A DNA stretch of 64,000 nucleotides from assembly GCA_048270185.1 (NCBI GenBank), contig JBLWTJ010000001.1, positions 160,001-224,000 on the forward strand. Direction: 5' to 3'. Numbering within the stretch: the stretch's first letter is position 1; each line of letters starts with the position of its first letter. Source of the stretch: Bacteriovoracaceae bacterium (lineage in GTDB: Bacteria; Bdellovibrionota; Bacteriovoracia; Bacteriovoracales; Bacteriovoracaceae). The notes under the pieces are model-generated. The model had not been told where the DNA came from. It was given only the letters and a program-made list of their open reading frames with translations, and did not search any database. Made by a program: the position numbers and the translations under genes. Positions 20,122 through 29,800 of this stretch are shown here, piece by piece.

Positions 20122-20989
20122 TTAAGAAACCTTTGATTTCCTTTATACAATTTTCTTTTTCGTCTTCGATGACGTAGTGACCGGCGTTCTCATAAACGAC
20201 AACCTTATCTTCTGGAAAGATTTCACGCCAACGAGCTAAGAAGTCCATGTTAAAACAGAAGTCTTTTGCTCCCCATAGAAATATCTTCGGACAAGAAAGA
20301 CTTGGTAGCTTCTCTTCGATATCTTGTAATAACTCATATGTCGGATGCTTACTTGATAGAGGAATGTCTTTTACAAATCTTGCTGTCGCAATGCGATTCT
20401 TATAATTATTATAAGGATGAAGGTAGCCTTCTTTAACATGCTTTTTTAATGGTGTTGTTGTTGTCATAAAAGTTGCAGGCCAAGCAAATGCATTAAAGGC
20501 CCTAACCATTGGCTCGCCAATAACTGGTAGCTTACAAAGAGCAATTCTCTTTGGGATGTCAAGTGATCTAAATGCAGCAGTATTTAGATAAATAATTCCA
20601 GTAACATCACTAGGTCTTTGAGTGGCCACTCCCATTCCAATAGCGCCACCCCAGTCATGAACAAGTAGTTTAAATTTTGAAATTTCTAAGTGCTTGAGTA
20701 AGGCAAGAACATTTGAAACGTGTTTTTCGAGTGTATAGGCATAGTCTTGTGGTTTATCTGAAAGTCCACAACCAATATGATCTGGCACAATACAACGATG
20801 AGTTGAACTCAAGGATTTGACAATATTGCGGTAGTAGAAAGACCATGTTGGGTTACCATGAAGCATAATAATGACTTCATCATCTTTACTACCTTCATCC
20901 AGATAGTGGTAACGATTACCTTCAATTTCAATAATATTGCTAGCAAACGGATATTCGCTTTGCCATGTTTGTGTTGTATTCATTACCAA
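20105..20989 (-). CDS. oleB: Beta-lactone decarboxylase OleB (haloalkane-dehalogenase-like alpha/beta hydrolase)
   Basis: HGNPTWSF, HDWGG nucleophile Asp, AGHYVIED; lies between oleA and oleC. Confidence 0.88.
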   Translation of the reverse strand: MVMNTTQTWQSEYPFASNIIEIEGNRYHYLDEGSKDDEVIIMLHGNPTWSFYYRNIVKSLSSTHRCIVPDHIGCGLSDKPQDYAYTLEKHVSNVLALLKHLEISKFKLLVHDWGGAIGMGVATQRPSDVTGIIYLNTAAFRSLDIPKRIALCKLPVIGEPMVRAFNAFAWPATFMTTTTPLKKHVKEGYLHPYNNYKNRIATARFVKDIPLSSKHPTYELLQDIEEKLPSLSCPKIFLWGAKDFCFNMDFLARWREIFPEDKVVVYENAGHYVIEDEKENCIKEIKGFLNEYRA

Positions 20990-22011
20990 GTAACTCCTAG
21001 GACGCTACAGACTAAGCCTGAGCCAATTCCTACTAAGGCGATCTTTGCGCCTTTTTCAATATTCTTATGATCGTTTAATTTTGCTAGAGTAATTGGAAGT
21101 GCAGCTGAGCCTGTATTTCCCAGAGTATCAAAAGTGTCATAAGTTGTATGATTTGCAAGCCCTAATTCTCCTAAGACAATTTCCTTGTGGGCCTTTCCAA
21201 CTTGATGGCCAATGACGTAATCAATTTCTGATGCTTTTAGTTCTGAGGCATCAAAAGTCATCTTTGCAAGAGACTTTCCATACTTCAATAATTCTTCTGA
21301 ATCTGTTTCCATGACAAGTGAGTTTGGGTTTCCATCACCTTGGCATAATTTATTCGCACTTGAATCACTACGATTTGTAATTGAAGTAATTTGCGGTGCA
21401 CTCGGTGCTTCACTCTTATGTGCTAGACAGTAGGCTACACCTGCTGAGCCAATCGTTAAATTGGCAAAGTACTTCTTAACAGACTTTCTTGTAATAGAAG
21501 TATCTTCATTTAAAGTCTTTATTGTATTCTCTAAAAGAGGAGCGCTATTTTCTCCAGAAACAATAATGGCCCTTTTTATGGCCCCTGTCTCAATCATATT
21601 AGCAGCAACTTCCCATGCACTCACCATTCCAAGACATGCATTTGAGATATCAAAGAGCATGCAAGTTTGCGCAAGCTCTAGGTTAGAATGGACAACTGAA
21701 GCTGTTGAAGGTTCTAAGAAATCACGGCAAACACTAGAGTTTATAAGAAGATTTATGTCATTCTTTCTAATGCCTTTTTTTGCAAGCTTTTCGATTAACT
21801 TTTCACCGGCCATTGTTGCAATTGAGCTAGGTCTTGTTGAGTTAGGCCAGAAGCCGCGTGACTTAATTCCAGTCATAAGTTCTAGTCTTCCTTGCGGAAG
21901 TTTTAAGCGAGTATAAAGAGGAGCTAGAAGCTCTTCTAATTTTTCACTTGTTAATACTTCTGGAGGATCAATATAGGCATAGTCTTCGATCACGACATTT
22001 TCATACTTCAT
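20983..22011 (-). CDS. oleA: Acyl-CoA:acyl-CoA alkyltransferase OleA (thiolase/FabH-like)
   Basis: RDFLEPSTA (catalytic Glu), SNACLG (Cys), GHQVG (His), GNTGSA (Asn), GIGSGL. Confidence 0.9.
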   Translation of the reverse strand: MKYENVVIEDYAYIDPPEVLTSEKLEELLAPLYTRLKLPQGRLELMTGIKSRGFWPNSTRPSSIATMAGEKLIEKLAKKGIRKNDINLLINSSVCRDFLEPSTASVVHSNLELAQTCMLFDISNACLGMVSAWEVAANMIETGAIKRAIIVSGENSAPLLENTIKTLNEDTSITRKSVKKYFANLTIGSAGVAYCLAHKSEAPSAPQITSITNRSDSSANKLCQGDGNPNSLVMETDSEELLKYGKSLAKMTFDASELKASEIDYVIGHQVGKAHKEIVLGELGLANHTTYDTFDTLGNTGSAALPITLAKLNDHKNIEKGAKIALVGIGSGLVCSVLGVTW

Positions 22012-22020
22012 ATATATTCC

Positions 22021-23409
22021 TTACTCCATCAGGCCATGTAGGTTGGCCATGGAAATCCCACTAAGCATTGAACCGATGATTCCAAGGAAGCCTTGATCCG
22101 TTCCGCAGAGGTAGAGTCCATTAACTGGAGTTCTTCCGTCTCTTAGTTTATTTGTTGAACCGTAAACACAACCTCTGAAGTGACCAGTGTACCTCTCGAT
22201 TGAATGAGGAGTGAATACATCCTTAAATTTCACATCAAGACTTAGAGTTGGATAGAGGTTTTTTAGAGTTTGTAATGACTGCTCATAGACTAGTTCTTTC
22301 TGTGCTAGATAGGCCTTGCGGTCTGAGTTAACAAGCTCTTTCCACTTTTCATAATTGGCCATATAAGTGAGTCGTATAAGACCTTCATTATTATCATCTT
22401 GAGCAAAATTATTTGGGAAGCAAATAACTGCAGATTTACTATCGATAAAATCAGTCGGTGCACGGTAGTGATAATTTTCCCTCTCGTTATAAAAGAGAAT
22501 GGTATCATTAAGATCAAAGTCCTTTGGCCTTTCGTCAAAGCATAGAATGGTTTCGCAAAAAGTCATGGGCCCGACGTCAATCTTTTGTGCTTCCTGGCCC
22601 TGAGTAATTCTCATCGTTTCAGGATGGCCCATACTTGAGATGACCTTGTCACATTGGAGAACTTCACCATTATCTAACGTCACACTCGTGACCTTGTCAT
22701 TTATTGTATCGATTGAAGAAACACCACTTCTAAAGCGAAGCTCTCCTCCTAAGTCCTTGTACTTATCAAGAAGAAGATTGATAATTTTACGAACTCCACC
22801 ATCAGGCCTTGCAAAACCTTCAAGGTAGATACTCTTAAACATAATTACAAATTGAGAGAAATCCATATCATCTTCCCATGCTGATCCGTAAATCAGAAGA
22901 GGAGCAAAGATCATCTCAATTAGTTTTGAGTCTTTAATATATTTCTTGGCAACATCTTTTGCCATATAGGTTTCATTATTTAGTGCGACTTCGTTGAAGT
23001 CCTTGATATAGTCGACGAATTTCATGAATTCATCGATACTTGCAGGAAATTTCTCTGCGATATCACTTGTTAGCCTTTCAAAATCATTTGAAAAGGTAAG
23101 TGTTGTGTCTGGAAAGATAATCTTTGATTGTTTTTGTTCAATGAGATCTAATTCATTCCAAGGAATTCTAAGTTGCTTTAGAAGTTTAGTAAGAGGCTTT
23201 CCTCTTTCTCCACGAGTTGCATAATTTGTCAGGGCATGTAGACCGACGTCAAAATTTCTCTTTCCGCGGCGGTAGTAGGAGTTGAGCCCTCCAGATATTG
23301 AGTGCTTTTCAAGACAGACGACTTTCTTGCCAAACATTGCAAGTCTGATACTGGCCGCAAGGCCTGACATACCTGCGCCAATTACTACTACATCATATTT
23401 TTGTGTCAT
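22021..23409 (-). CDS. Phytoene-desaturase-like (CrtI family) FAD-dependent oxidoreductase
   Basis: GAGMSGL dinucleotide fold, EKH..GG, FDVGLH, TP...ERYT, LYLCGTDQGFLGIIG. Confidence 0.8.
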   Translation of the reverse strand: MTQKYDVVVIGAGMSGLAASIRLAMFGKKVVCLEKHSISGGLNSYYRRGKRNFDVGLHALTNYATRGERGKPLTKLLKQLRIPWNELDLIEQKQSKIIFPDTTLTFSNDFERLTSDIAEKFPASIDEFMKFVDYIKDFNEVALNNETYMAKDVAKKYIKDSKLIEMIFAPLLIYGSAWEDDMDFSQFVIMFKSIYLEGFARPDGGVRKIINLLLDKYKDLGGELRFRSGVSSIDTINDKVTSVTLDNGEVLQCDKVISSMGHPETMRITQGQEAQKIDVGPMTFCETILCFDERPKDFDLNDTILFYNERENYHYRAPTDFIDSKSAVICFPNNFAQDDNNEGLIRLTYMANYEKWKELVNSDRKAYLAQKELVYEQSLQTLKNLYPTLSLDVKFKDVFTPHSIERYTGHFRGCVYGSTNKLRDGRTPVNGLYLCGTDQGFLGIIGSMLSGISMANLHGLME

Positions 23410-23433
23410 AGATTTTTCTTTTTTTCTTAAGTC

Positions 23434-23456
23434 AAAATAAGGCCACCGAAGTGGCC
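23434..23456 (-). terminator. Intra-operon hairpin after ACP gene (UUCG tetraloop); partial terminator or stability element
   Basis: Minus strand GGCCAC-TTCG-GTGGCC followed by TTATTTT. Confidence 0.6.
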
Positions 23457-23465
23457 GTATTTAAT

Positions 23466-23711
23466 CTACTGAAACTTTGGTGTTAAGTAAGTTACACAAC
23501 TTTCCATTGAAGCTAGTTGTGGGTAGTCTTCTTGAGGAACTTCAATTGAGTGTCTCTTTTTTAGTTCCATAACGATATCAAGGAAGTCCATTGAATCGAG
23601 GTCTAGTTGGTCTCTTAGTGGAGTAGCATCATCAATTGATGTTACATCGTCATCAACAGCGATATCTGCGATAATGTCTACTACATGTTGTCTTACTTCT
23701 TGAGGTGTCAT
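23466..23711 (-). CDS. Acyl carrier protein
   Basis: 81 aa, acidic, LDLDSMDFLDIV phosphopantetheine site, GGAG RBS. Confidence 0.92.
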   Translation of the reverse strand: MTPQEVRQHVVDIIADIAVDDDVTSIDDATPLRDQLDLDSMDFLDIVMELKKRHSIEVPQEDYPQLASMESCVTYLTPKFQ

Positions 23712-23720
23712 AATTTCTCC

Positions 23721-24956
23721 TTATACGTATTTCTTTAGAATTAGCGTTGAATTAATTCCTAGCATTCCAAATGAGTTATTTAATATGTAATTTACTTCTT
23801 TCTTAAGTGGTACATCGAGAACCAACTGATCCATCGCGCACTCTGGATCAATTTCATCGATCTTATGGCATGGGTGTACTAGTCCATCTTCAAAGCTTGG
23901 AAGGTTTCCAGCTAGCTCGAGTGCTCCAGCAGCTCCCATGGCATGACCAATAAGACCTTTTGTACAATTAACTGCAACTGTTGGGTTATCCTTAAAGGCT
24001 TCTTTAATTCCTGTGACTTCTTGGATATCTCCCATCTTTGTTCCAGTTGCATGTAGATTTACAATATCGATATCGTTAATTGAAATTCCTGCTTTCTTAA
24101 TTGCCGCGTGAACACACTCCATTTGTCGTTCTGGGTTAGGAAGAACGAAATCTGTTGCATCACTATTCATATGATAACCAACGATCTCACCGTATATTTT
24201 TGCATTACGTGCGAGGGCATCTTCTAATCTTTCAAGTGTATAAACACAGCCACCTTCTGAGATGACAATACCATTTCGATTATTATCTAGTGGGCGAGAA
24301 GCTCTTGTTTGATCTTCTGGGAAGTCTGCAAGGGCACCTTGTGCTTTAAATGAAACGTGGTTTCCAAATGAGTTAGCCGATTCTGATACTCCACCAGCAA
24401 GGGCGAGATCAACTTCACCAAGCTGTAGCATCTGGACTGCCTGAATTAGTCCCATATTTCCTGCGGCACAAGCTGCACCAATTGTGTAGTGAGGTCCTGT
24501 AATTCCTAGATTTAGTGAAACTTCTCCTGCAGGAGCGTTAGCAACTGTTCTTGGATTATGATGGTGAGTCCAAAGTGAATCATCTTCATTATTATTCTTA
24601 TAGAATTGAAATAATTCCTCTTCAGTTTCAACTGGCCCGTGCTCAGTAATACCTAGATAAATTCCGATGCGAGATTTATCGAGGTTAGCTAGCTCAAGCC
24701 CCGCATCATCAAGGGCTTCTTTAGAGCAGTAAACAGAGATCGCTCCAACACGTGTTCCACGCTTTCTCATTTTACCCTTTTGGTGTTTTCTTTCATCAAA
24801 GTCACATTTACCAACAGGGATTTGTCCTAGGAAGCGAACGTCTTCATAAGTAATTCCTGATTTTTGCTCAAGAAGAGCTGAGCGGTACTCTTTTAAGTTA
24901 TTACCATTTGGTGCTGTAAGGCCAACACCTGTAATCACAACGCGTGATAAATTCAT
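23721..24956 (-). CDS. fabF: Beta-ketoacyl-ACP synthase II-like (FabF family)
   Basis: RVVITGVG, GAACAAG (Cys), LHATGT and KGLIGHAMGAAG (two His), NSFGMLG. Confidence 0.85.
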   Translation of the reverse strand: MNLSRVVITGVGLTAPNGNNLKEYRSALLEQKSGITYEDVRFLGQIPVGKCDFDERKHQKGKMRKRGTRVGAISVYCSKEALDDAGLELANLDKSRIGIYLGITEHGPVETEEELFQFYKNNNEDDSLWTHHHNPRTVANAPAGEVSLNLGITGPHYTIGAACAAGNMGLIQAVQMLQLGEVDLALAGGVSESANSFGNHVSFKAQGALADFPEDQTRASRPLDNNRNGIVISEGGCVYTLERLEDALARNAKIYGEIVGYHMNSDATDFVLPNPERQMECVHAAIKKAGISINDIDIVNLHATGTKMGDIQEVTGIKEAFKDNPTVAVNCTKGLIGHAMGAAGALELAGNLPSFEDGLVHPCHKIDEIDPECAMDQLVLDVPLKKEVNYILNNSFGMLGINSTLILKKYV

Positions 24957-25600
24957 TTACTGACTCCATTATGTTTTTCATTTTCTATTTTGCTGACGAT
25001 ATTTAGGAATGAATTCTTAAGCCCAGACTTAAGGCCACTTTTAATGTGACTAATATCAGTGAGTGAATTCTTTAAAAGCTTTGTTACCATTGGAAATTTT
25101 TCAATGGCCATATAAGGGTTATCAAGTTCTTTGCTGATTGAGATAATAAACTCACTAAGTGAGCGTGCGAAGCGTGTTGTCGTTAGGATATTTGTAATGC
25201 GCTTTTTACGTTTGTCATCATTAATATGTTTTAGCGAATCATTTGTAATATTCTCAAATTCTTCAATGATTTCTAATTCACGCTTTTTTACAATATTAGA
25301 AACTATGTTGATGGCATCATCATTTGCTTCGTGGATCTTCATACGTTTCACACTTGGGTGATCAGTTGAGATAATCATCTTATAAGTAGCAAGAGTTTTT
25401 AAAGCACTTGAGACGGCCGGTTGTGATAGGCCTAGAATTGTCTCGATCTCATCTGAAGCTAGTGGGCGTGGAGAGTAGACTAAAAGGCCAAAGACGGCCC
25501 CTTCGATTCTCTTAAATCCCACCTTAGAAAAGAAGGCTTCATAATGAGGTAGGTACTCAAGAAGCTCTGCTTCGATAATATCAGACTTTTGGTCTTTCAT
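24953..25600 (-). CDS. GbsR/MarR-family winged-helix transcriptional regulator
   Basis: GFKRIEGAVFGLL...PLASDEIETILGLSQPAVSSALKTL. Start placed at MKDQKS (25600) after an AAGGATG RBS; stop overlaps the fabF start (ATGA). Confidence 0.75.
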   Translation of the reverse strand: MKDQKSDIIEAELLEYLPHYEAFFSKVGFKRIEGAVFGLLVYSPRPLASDEIETILGLSQPAVSSALKTLATYKMIISTDHPSVKRMKIHEANDDAINIVSNIVKKRELEIIEEFENITNDSLKHINDDKRKKRITNILTTTRFARSLSEFIISISKELDNPYMAIEKFPMVTKLLKNSLTDISHIKSGLKSGLKNSFLNIVSKIENEKHNGVSK

Positions 25601-25613
25601 TTTTTTATCATCC

Positions 25614-25659
25614 TTATATTTCAAATATAAAATATAAGTAATATTGGATAAGTGGTCAA
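25614..25659 (-). promoter_or_regulatory. Sigma70-type promoter with overlapping palindromic operator for the ole operon
   Basis: Minus strand TTGACC(25659-25654)-N17-TATATT(25636-25631); perfect inverted repeat TTATATTT-C-AAATATAA at 25614-25630. Confidence 0.6.
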
Positions 25660-25796
25660 TATTTTTGAACATTTAATTAGACGCGGGGCAAGGTGCGAAG
25701 TGGCTTCAAATTACCATTTTGGACGAAGTGGCACCTATATTCTTTTCAAACAGTAGCATTATGATACTATTTTTGTCGGAATTATGGGAGAAAAGT

Positions 25797-25812
25797 TGGC
25801 ACGGAACTTGAA
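25797..25812 (+). promoter_or_regulatory. Possible sigma54 (-24/-12) promoter
   Basis: TGGCAC-GGAAC-TTGAA; perfect -24 element, -12 reads GA instead of GC. Confidence 0.4.
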
Positions 25813-25912
25813 CTAGTTTCACTATTCAAAAATTTAAATCAAGAAGATTTAATTTAGTCGAGACATCCATTGCGCTGCAGTGGTTTTTATTTACTGGGGG
25901 AGAGATTTTAAT

Positions 25913-26761
25913 ATGAAGAATTTAATCGTTTTAGCAGCTATCGCTACTTTATTTGTATCATGTGGACGTGGGGGATCATCATCTTCTTCTACTTATGGAA
26001 AGTACACATCACCTTATGTATCAGCTCAAGGATTTGTATCTGCGCTGAATTCTGTTGATCCAAGTTATTATGATTATAATACGCTAGAAAAAGACGAGTA
26101 TGATTCTTTAAGAGAGGGATTCTTTGTTTACTACGATGCAAAGTATGATGAGTTTGTAGGAGTTGATCTTACTTATCTTAGAACTCTTGCTTATTGGGAT
26201 TACTACTCAAATAATCAGGGACTAGCTGATGAGTTCCGTGATGTTCAAGCAGATGATGCTTGGTACTATGATGGTCTAATCGGTGATGGTTGGGGTGAAG
26301 ATTATGAAATCGTTGATTTTACTGGATCATACGATATCAATGGTAACCCTATCTTTGTTGGATTTGACTCTGATATGCTTTACGAAGACGAAGAGCAAAC
26401 AATGGATACAGGTCTAATGGCCGCAGACGATAGCCAACTTGAAATGTTTAATAAAGCATCTCTTTACTCACAAGCATTCAAACTACCTGCTGATAAGGCC
26501 CTATCTCTAGTAACAATGGAGAAGGAAATGGTAAGAATGCTTGAAAATGCACAAAATGGTGAATTACAAGCACAAGATGCTGAAGCAATCGCTAATAATA
26601 TCAAGCACTTTACAGGTAAGTCAGTTGATGAATTCATGGCAGCTAAGGAAGATCTTAATGCTCGTGAAAAGATCATTGATGATGTAGCTGCTCACCTAGG
26701 GACAACAACTCAAAATATTGAAGATGTTATCCTTCCAGAGCTTCTATCAATCGAAATCTAA
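25913..26761 (+). CDS. Tyr/Asp-rich lipoprotein of unknown function
   Basis: MKNLIVLAAIATLFVSC lipobox, purine-rich RBS, Ser linker. Confidence 0.8.
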   Translation: MKNLIVLAAIATLFVSCGRGGSSSSSTYGKYTSPYVSAQGFVSALNSVDPSYYDYNTLEKDEYDSLREGFFVYYDAKYDEFVGVDLTYLRTLAYWDYYSNNQGLADEFRDVQADDAWYYDGLIGDGWGEDYEIVDFTGSYDINGNPIFVGFDSDMLYEDEEQTMDTGLMAADDSQLEMFNKASLYSQAFKLPADKALSLVTMEKEMVRMLENAQNGELQAQDAEAIANNIKHFTGKSVDEFMAAKEDLNAREKIIDDVAAHLGTTTQNIEDVILPELLSIEI

Positions 26762-26795
26762 GTATCTAATAATACTTCAAATACCACACATTAAG

Positions 26796-26818
26796 AGGGC
26801 CTGAATGGGCCCTTTTTT
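26796..26818 (+). terminator. Intrinsic terminator
   Basis: AGGGCC-TGAATG-GGCCCT-TTTTT. Confidence 0.8.
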
Positions 26819-26899
26819 ATTTGTGTATAAAGTGAACACTACGTGAATAACTTTCAAAAAGCCCCATGTGTTCATCAATTATTGCTATTTTGTCTAATA

Positions 26900-29800
26900 A
26901 TGAAGTCGATATTATTGATAATCCTATTCCTAAATCTTGGTCTTAATCTGGTCTTTGCAGCAGATGGCCTGGTTCCTATTAACGGTGAAAGCCTCCCGGC
27001 CGCAGATCTCTATAGTCCTGATTATGGTGCTCTTGATTCCGAGTTTGCATATGAGTTAAAGCAAGAAGGAGTGGACCTCTCACGTCTTAATCCTGTGAAG
27101 TCAAATCTTTGGAACGGTGAGGATAATTTTAAACAATTAAATGAAGATCTAAATCTTCCAATTGATAACGGAGATACTCTAAGTTTTAAGGGCCTCATTA
27201 GCTCCCCTGAAAGTATCCTTAGGTTTAATGCCACTAATGAGAAAGGGACATTTCAAGTTCATCTTTCAAAAACTCTACATACAATTCTTCTAAGAAAGAA
27301 TCTTCTGCGTAAGGCAGGCTTTATTATTCCTTCTTCAAAGTATATGAAAAATCTTAGAATTGAGTTTAATTCACAAAGAGAAAAAGATTTCTTTAAAGAT
27401 GTGGATCTTGTCTCTCAGCTTGGAGCCTCATATAAGAATTGGCTTGTTGAAGAAGGTGATGATTATCTCGTTCTAAAAGATATCTTTGTCAGACTTCCTA
27501 AGGAAGACGACTTCTATGATGTTGCTCTAACTTCAATTAATGATACAAAAGATTTAAGAGCGCTTCGAAGTCTTATTGTTATCTACTCTTACTTAAACTT
27601 AAATGAATCAATTAATAAATTCTCATTTAATTTTTTGAAGATAAAAAATAATAATTTATTATTTGATTATCCAACGGCAACGAATTTCGATGCAACTTAT
27701 GACGATGTTGTGTGGGCCGCACGATTCATTGTAAAGCTTACTCGTCGTGATATTCAAGAAATCGTTCAAACTTCATTCTTTCCTATGCCTGTGGCAAAAC
27801 TACTTGTTGAAAAACTTGTGGCGCGAAGAAATAACTTAATTGAAACTTTAAAACTAGAAGGAGAAATTCTTCCATATGTTAAAGAAGTTAAAGATGAACT
27901 GATTGATAAAGGATTTTTAAAACCACATAAATTTGAAGATTATGCTTCTCAATTTAGCTTTGGAGCATCTGTTGGTCCTCTTGATGATATTCCATCATTT
28001 CTTTTTGGAGAGGCACAATCCTTTGGTTTTAAAGAAATTATGAGCAAACTCAGTGAAAATTTAAGCTTATTCAATCTTAGTGAAGCCAAGGTTAAATGGT
28101 TACAAGAAGATTTTGAGGCCAATAAAGAATTCGCTCTTGAATATTTTGATGAACATGGAGAGTTTCCACCTCTACCATTTTCAAGCTGGAAATCTCCTGT
28201 TGCTAAGGGAAATATTATATTTGGCCGTGACGTTGTTGTAGGGCAAAACTTTGGAACTGATAATTTTGTTCAACTAGCTGATACGATTGGTTTTACAACA
28301 AACTTAGGCCTATTTATTGGATTAGAACGATTTGGTTCTCAACTCGTTGGTGGATCTGTATTTCCTAATATCGGGATTAATACTAGTTATAGTCATGTAA
28401 GACCTGTTGAAGATCTAAAACAGGCCATTAAAACGCCTTACAAGAATATGCTTGTTGGTCTTACATTAAAGAATTTAGAAAAGAAGTTAAGCACTTATAT
28501 TGCTACATCAAAAAATACTGAAATTGATGAAAGTGAAAAGCTGCAAAAACTAAATGATCTCTATAATTCGATATCTGAAAATATCGGTGTAGGGGAGTCG
28601 ATCATTATTTCTACTTCTGTGGTTCCAGATATTACACTTTCTCTAAGTGCTCCTCTGTATGGTGTGGGAAATGGATACGGAAGTATTAGTAAAAAATATA
28701 AAGAACTTTCTCGTATTCATATTACTAGAAAATCAAAGTATATCTTTCATATTTACTATGATGGTGCCAAGGTAAATGAAGTTCGTGTACGTGGCGGATT
28801 ATCGTATCTAATACCTATTATCATGGCCGAAGGTAGTGATATCAAGTCAAAACTTGATATGAAATTATATGAACTAAACCTTGACCCGAATGGAGACGAA
28901 TTAGAGTTTGCTTCTGATGTAGCAAAATTCATATCTCTTTTAAGAGATCGTACAAATGAGGCCATGGGTGAAGAAGATATTCAAGTCTTTAATAAAAGTC
29001 ATGATAAGGCCTTCAATTTTAATTTCTTATTCTTCGTTTCAAAGTCTCTTAAGACGATTACTGAATTATTTGTTAAAGTTAAAGATCAGGTAAACTTAAA
29101 GCTTGTAACGGCCAGTCATGGTGAAATGGATGGTATTAATTTAGCAAAATTAATGCAAAATCTTGGAGCATATGCACTTAAACAATTTGTTGCTGAGTTA
29201 GATGTTAACTGGGATAAGAGCTATATTCCAATGGTTCCTGAAGCAAAACATTATTATCAAAATCCTGGAAAGAGTTTCTTTGGATCTGCGACAACATATG
29301 AGACGACAATTGAGTCTAAGCTTAGAAATCCAGAAGGTGAGATTGTTCTTGATAATATGAATGAACTCTATATGCACTTTAGAAAAACTCATCAGAAGGC
29401 CGTGATGAAGGAAAAGACAATAAAGAAATACCTTAGAAAAGAAAATAAGGCCTTCAATCTTGACCTCTATACTGATGCAGATTCTAAAGATGCTGGTGCT
29501 ATTAATTTTGCAAAGTTAGAAACAAAAATTCATTTCTTTGATAAGGCCGTTAAACGTATTTTTAATATCTCAGGGCGTGAATTAGACTTTATCTCAAGTC
29601 GAATGAAAAAGAGAAATTGTCACAATCGAGAAAATGGTGGGCAGACGATTTCTGGACAGCTTCGTTGTGGTGATCTTGAACCAATTGAAAATAAGCTTTA
29701 CTGGTGTAAGAAATATATTAAGAAAGAAAGATACCATAAGGGCCTAAAGTGCCTTGCTCACGTCGGTCATTATTTTGCTCGCTATATTGATGCTAAAACA

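Noticed and set aside
20105..20989. Haloalkane dehalogenase call
   Set aside because: Same fold and HDWG motif, but its position between oleA and oleC identifies it as OleB.
22021..23409. Carotenoid biosynthesis gene crtI
   Set aside because: No crtB, crtE or crtY in the window; the context is acyl-ACP chemistry.
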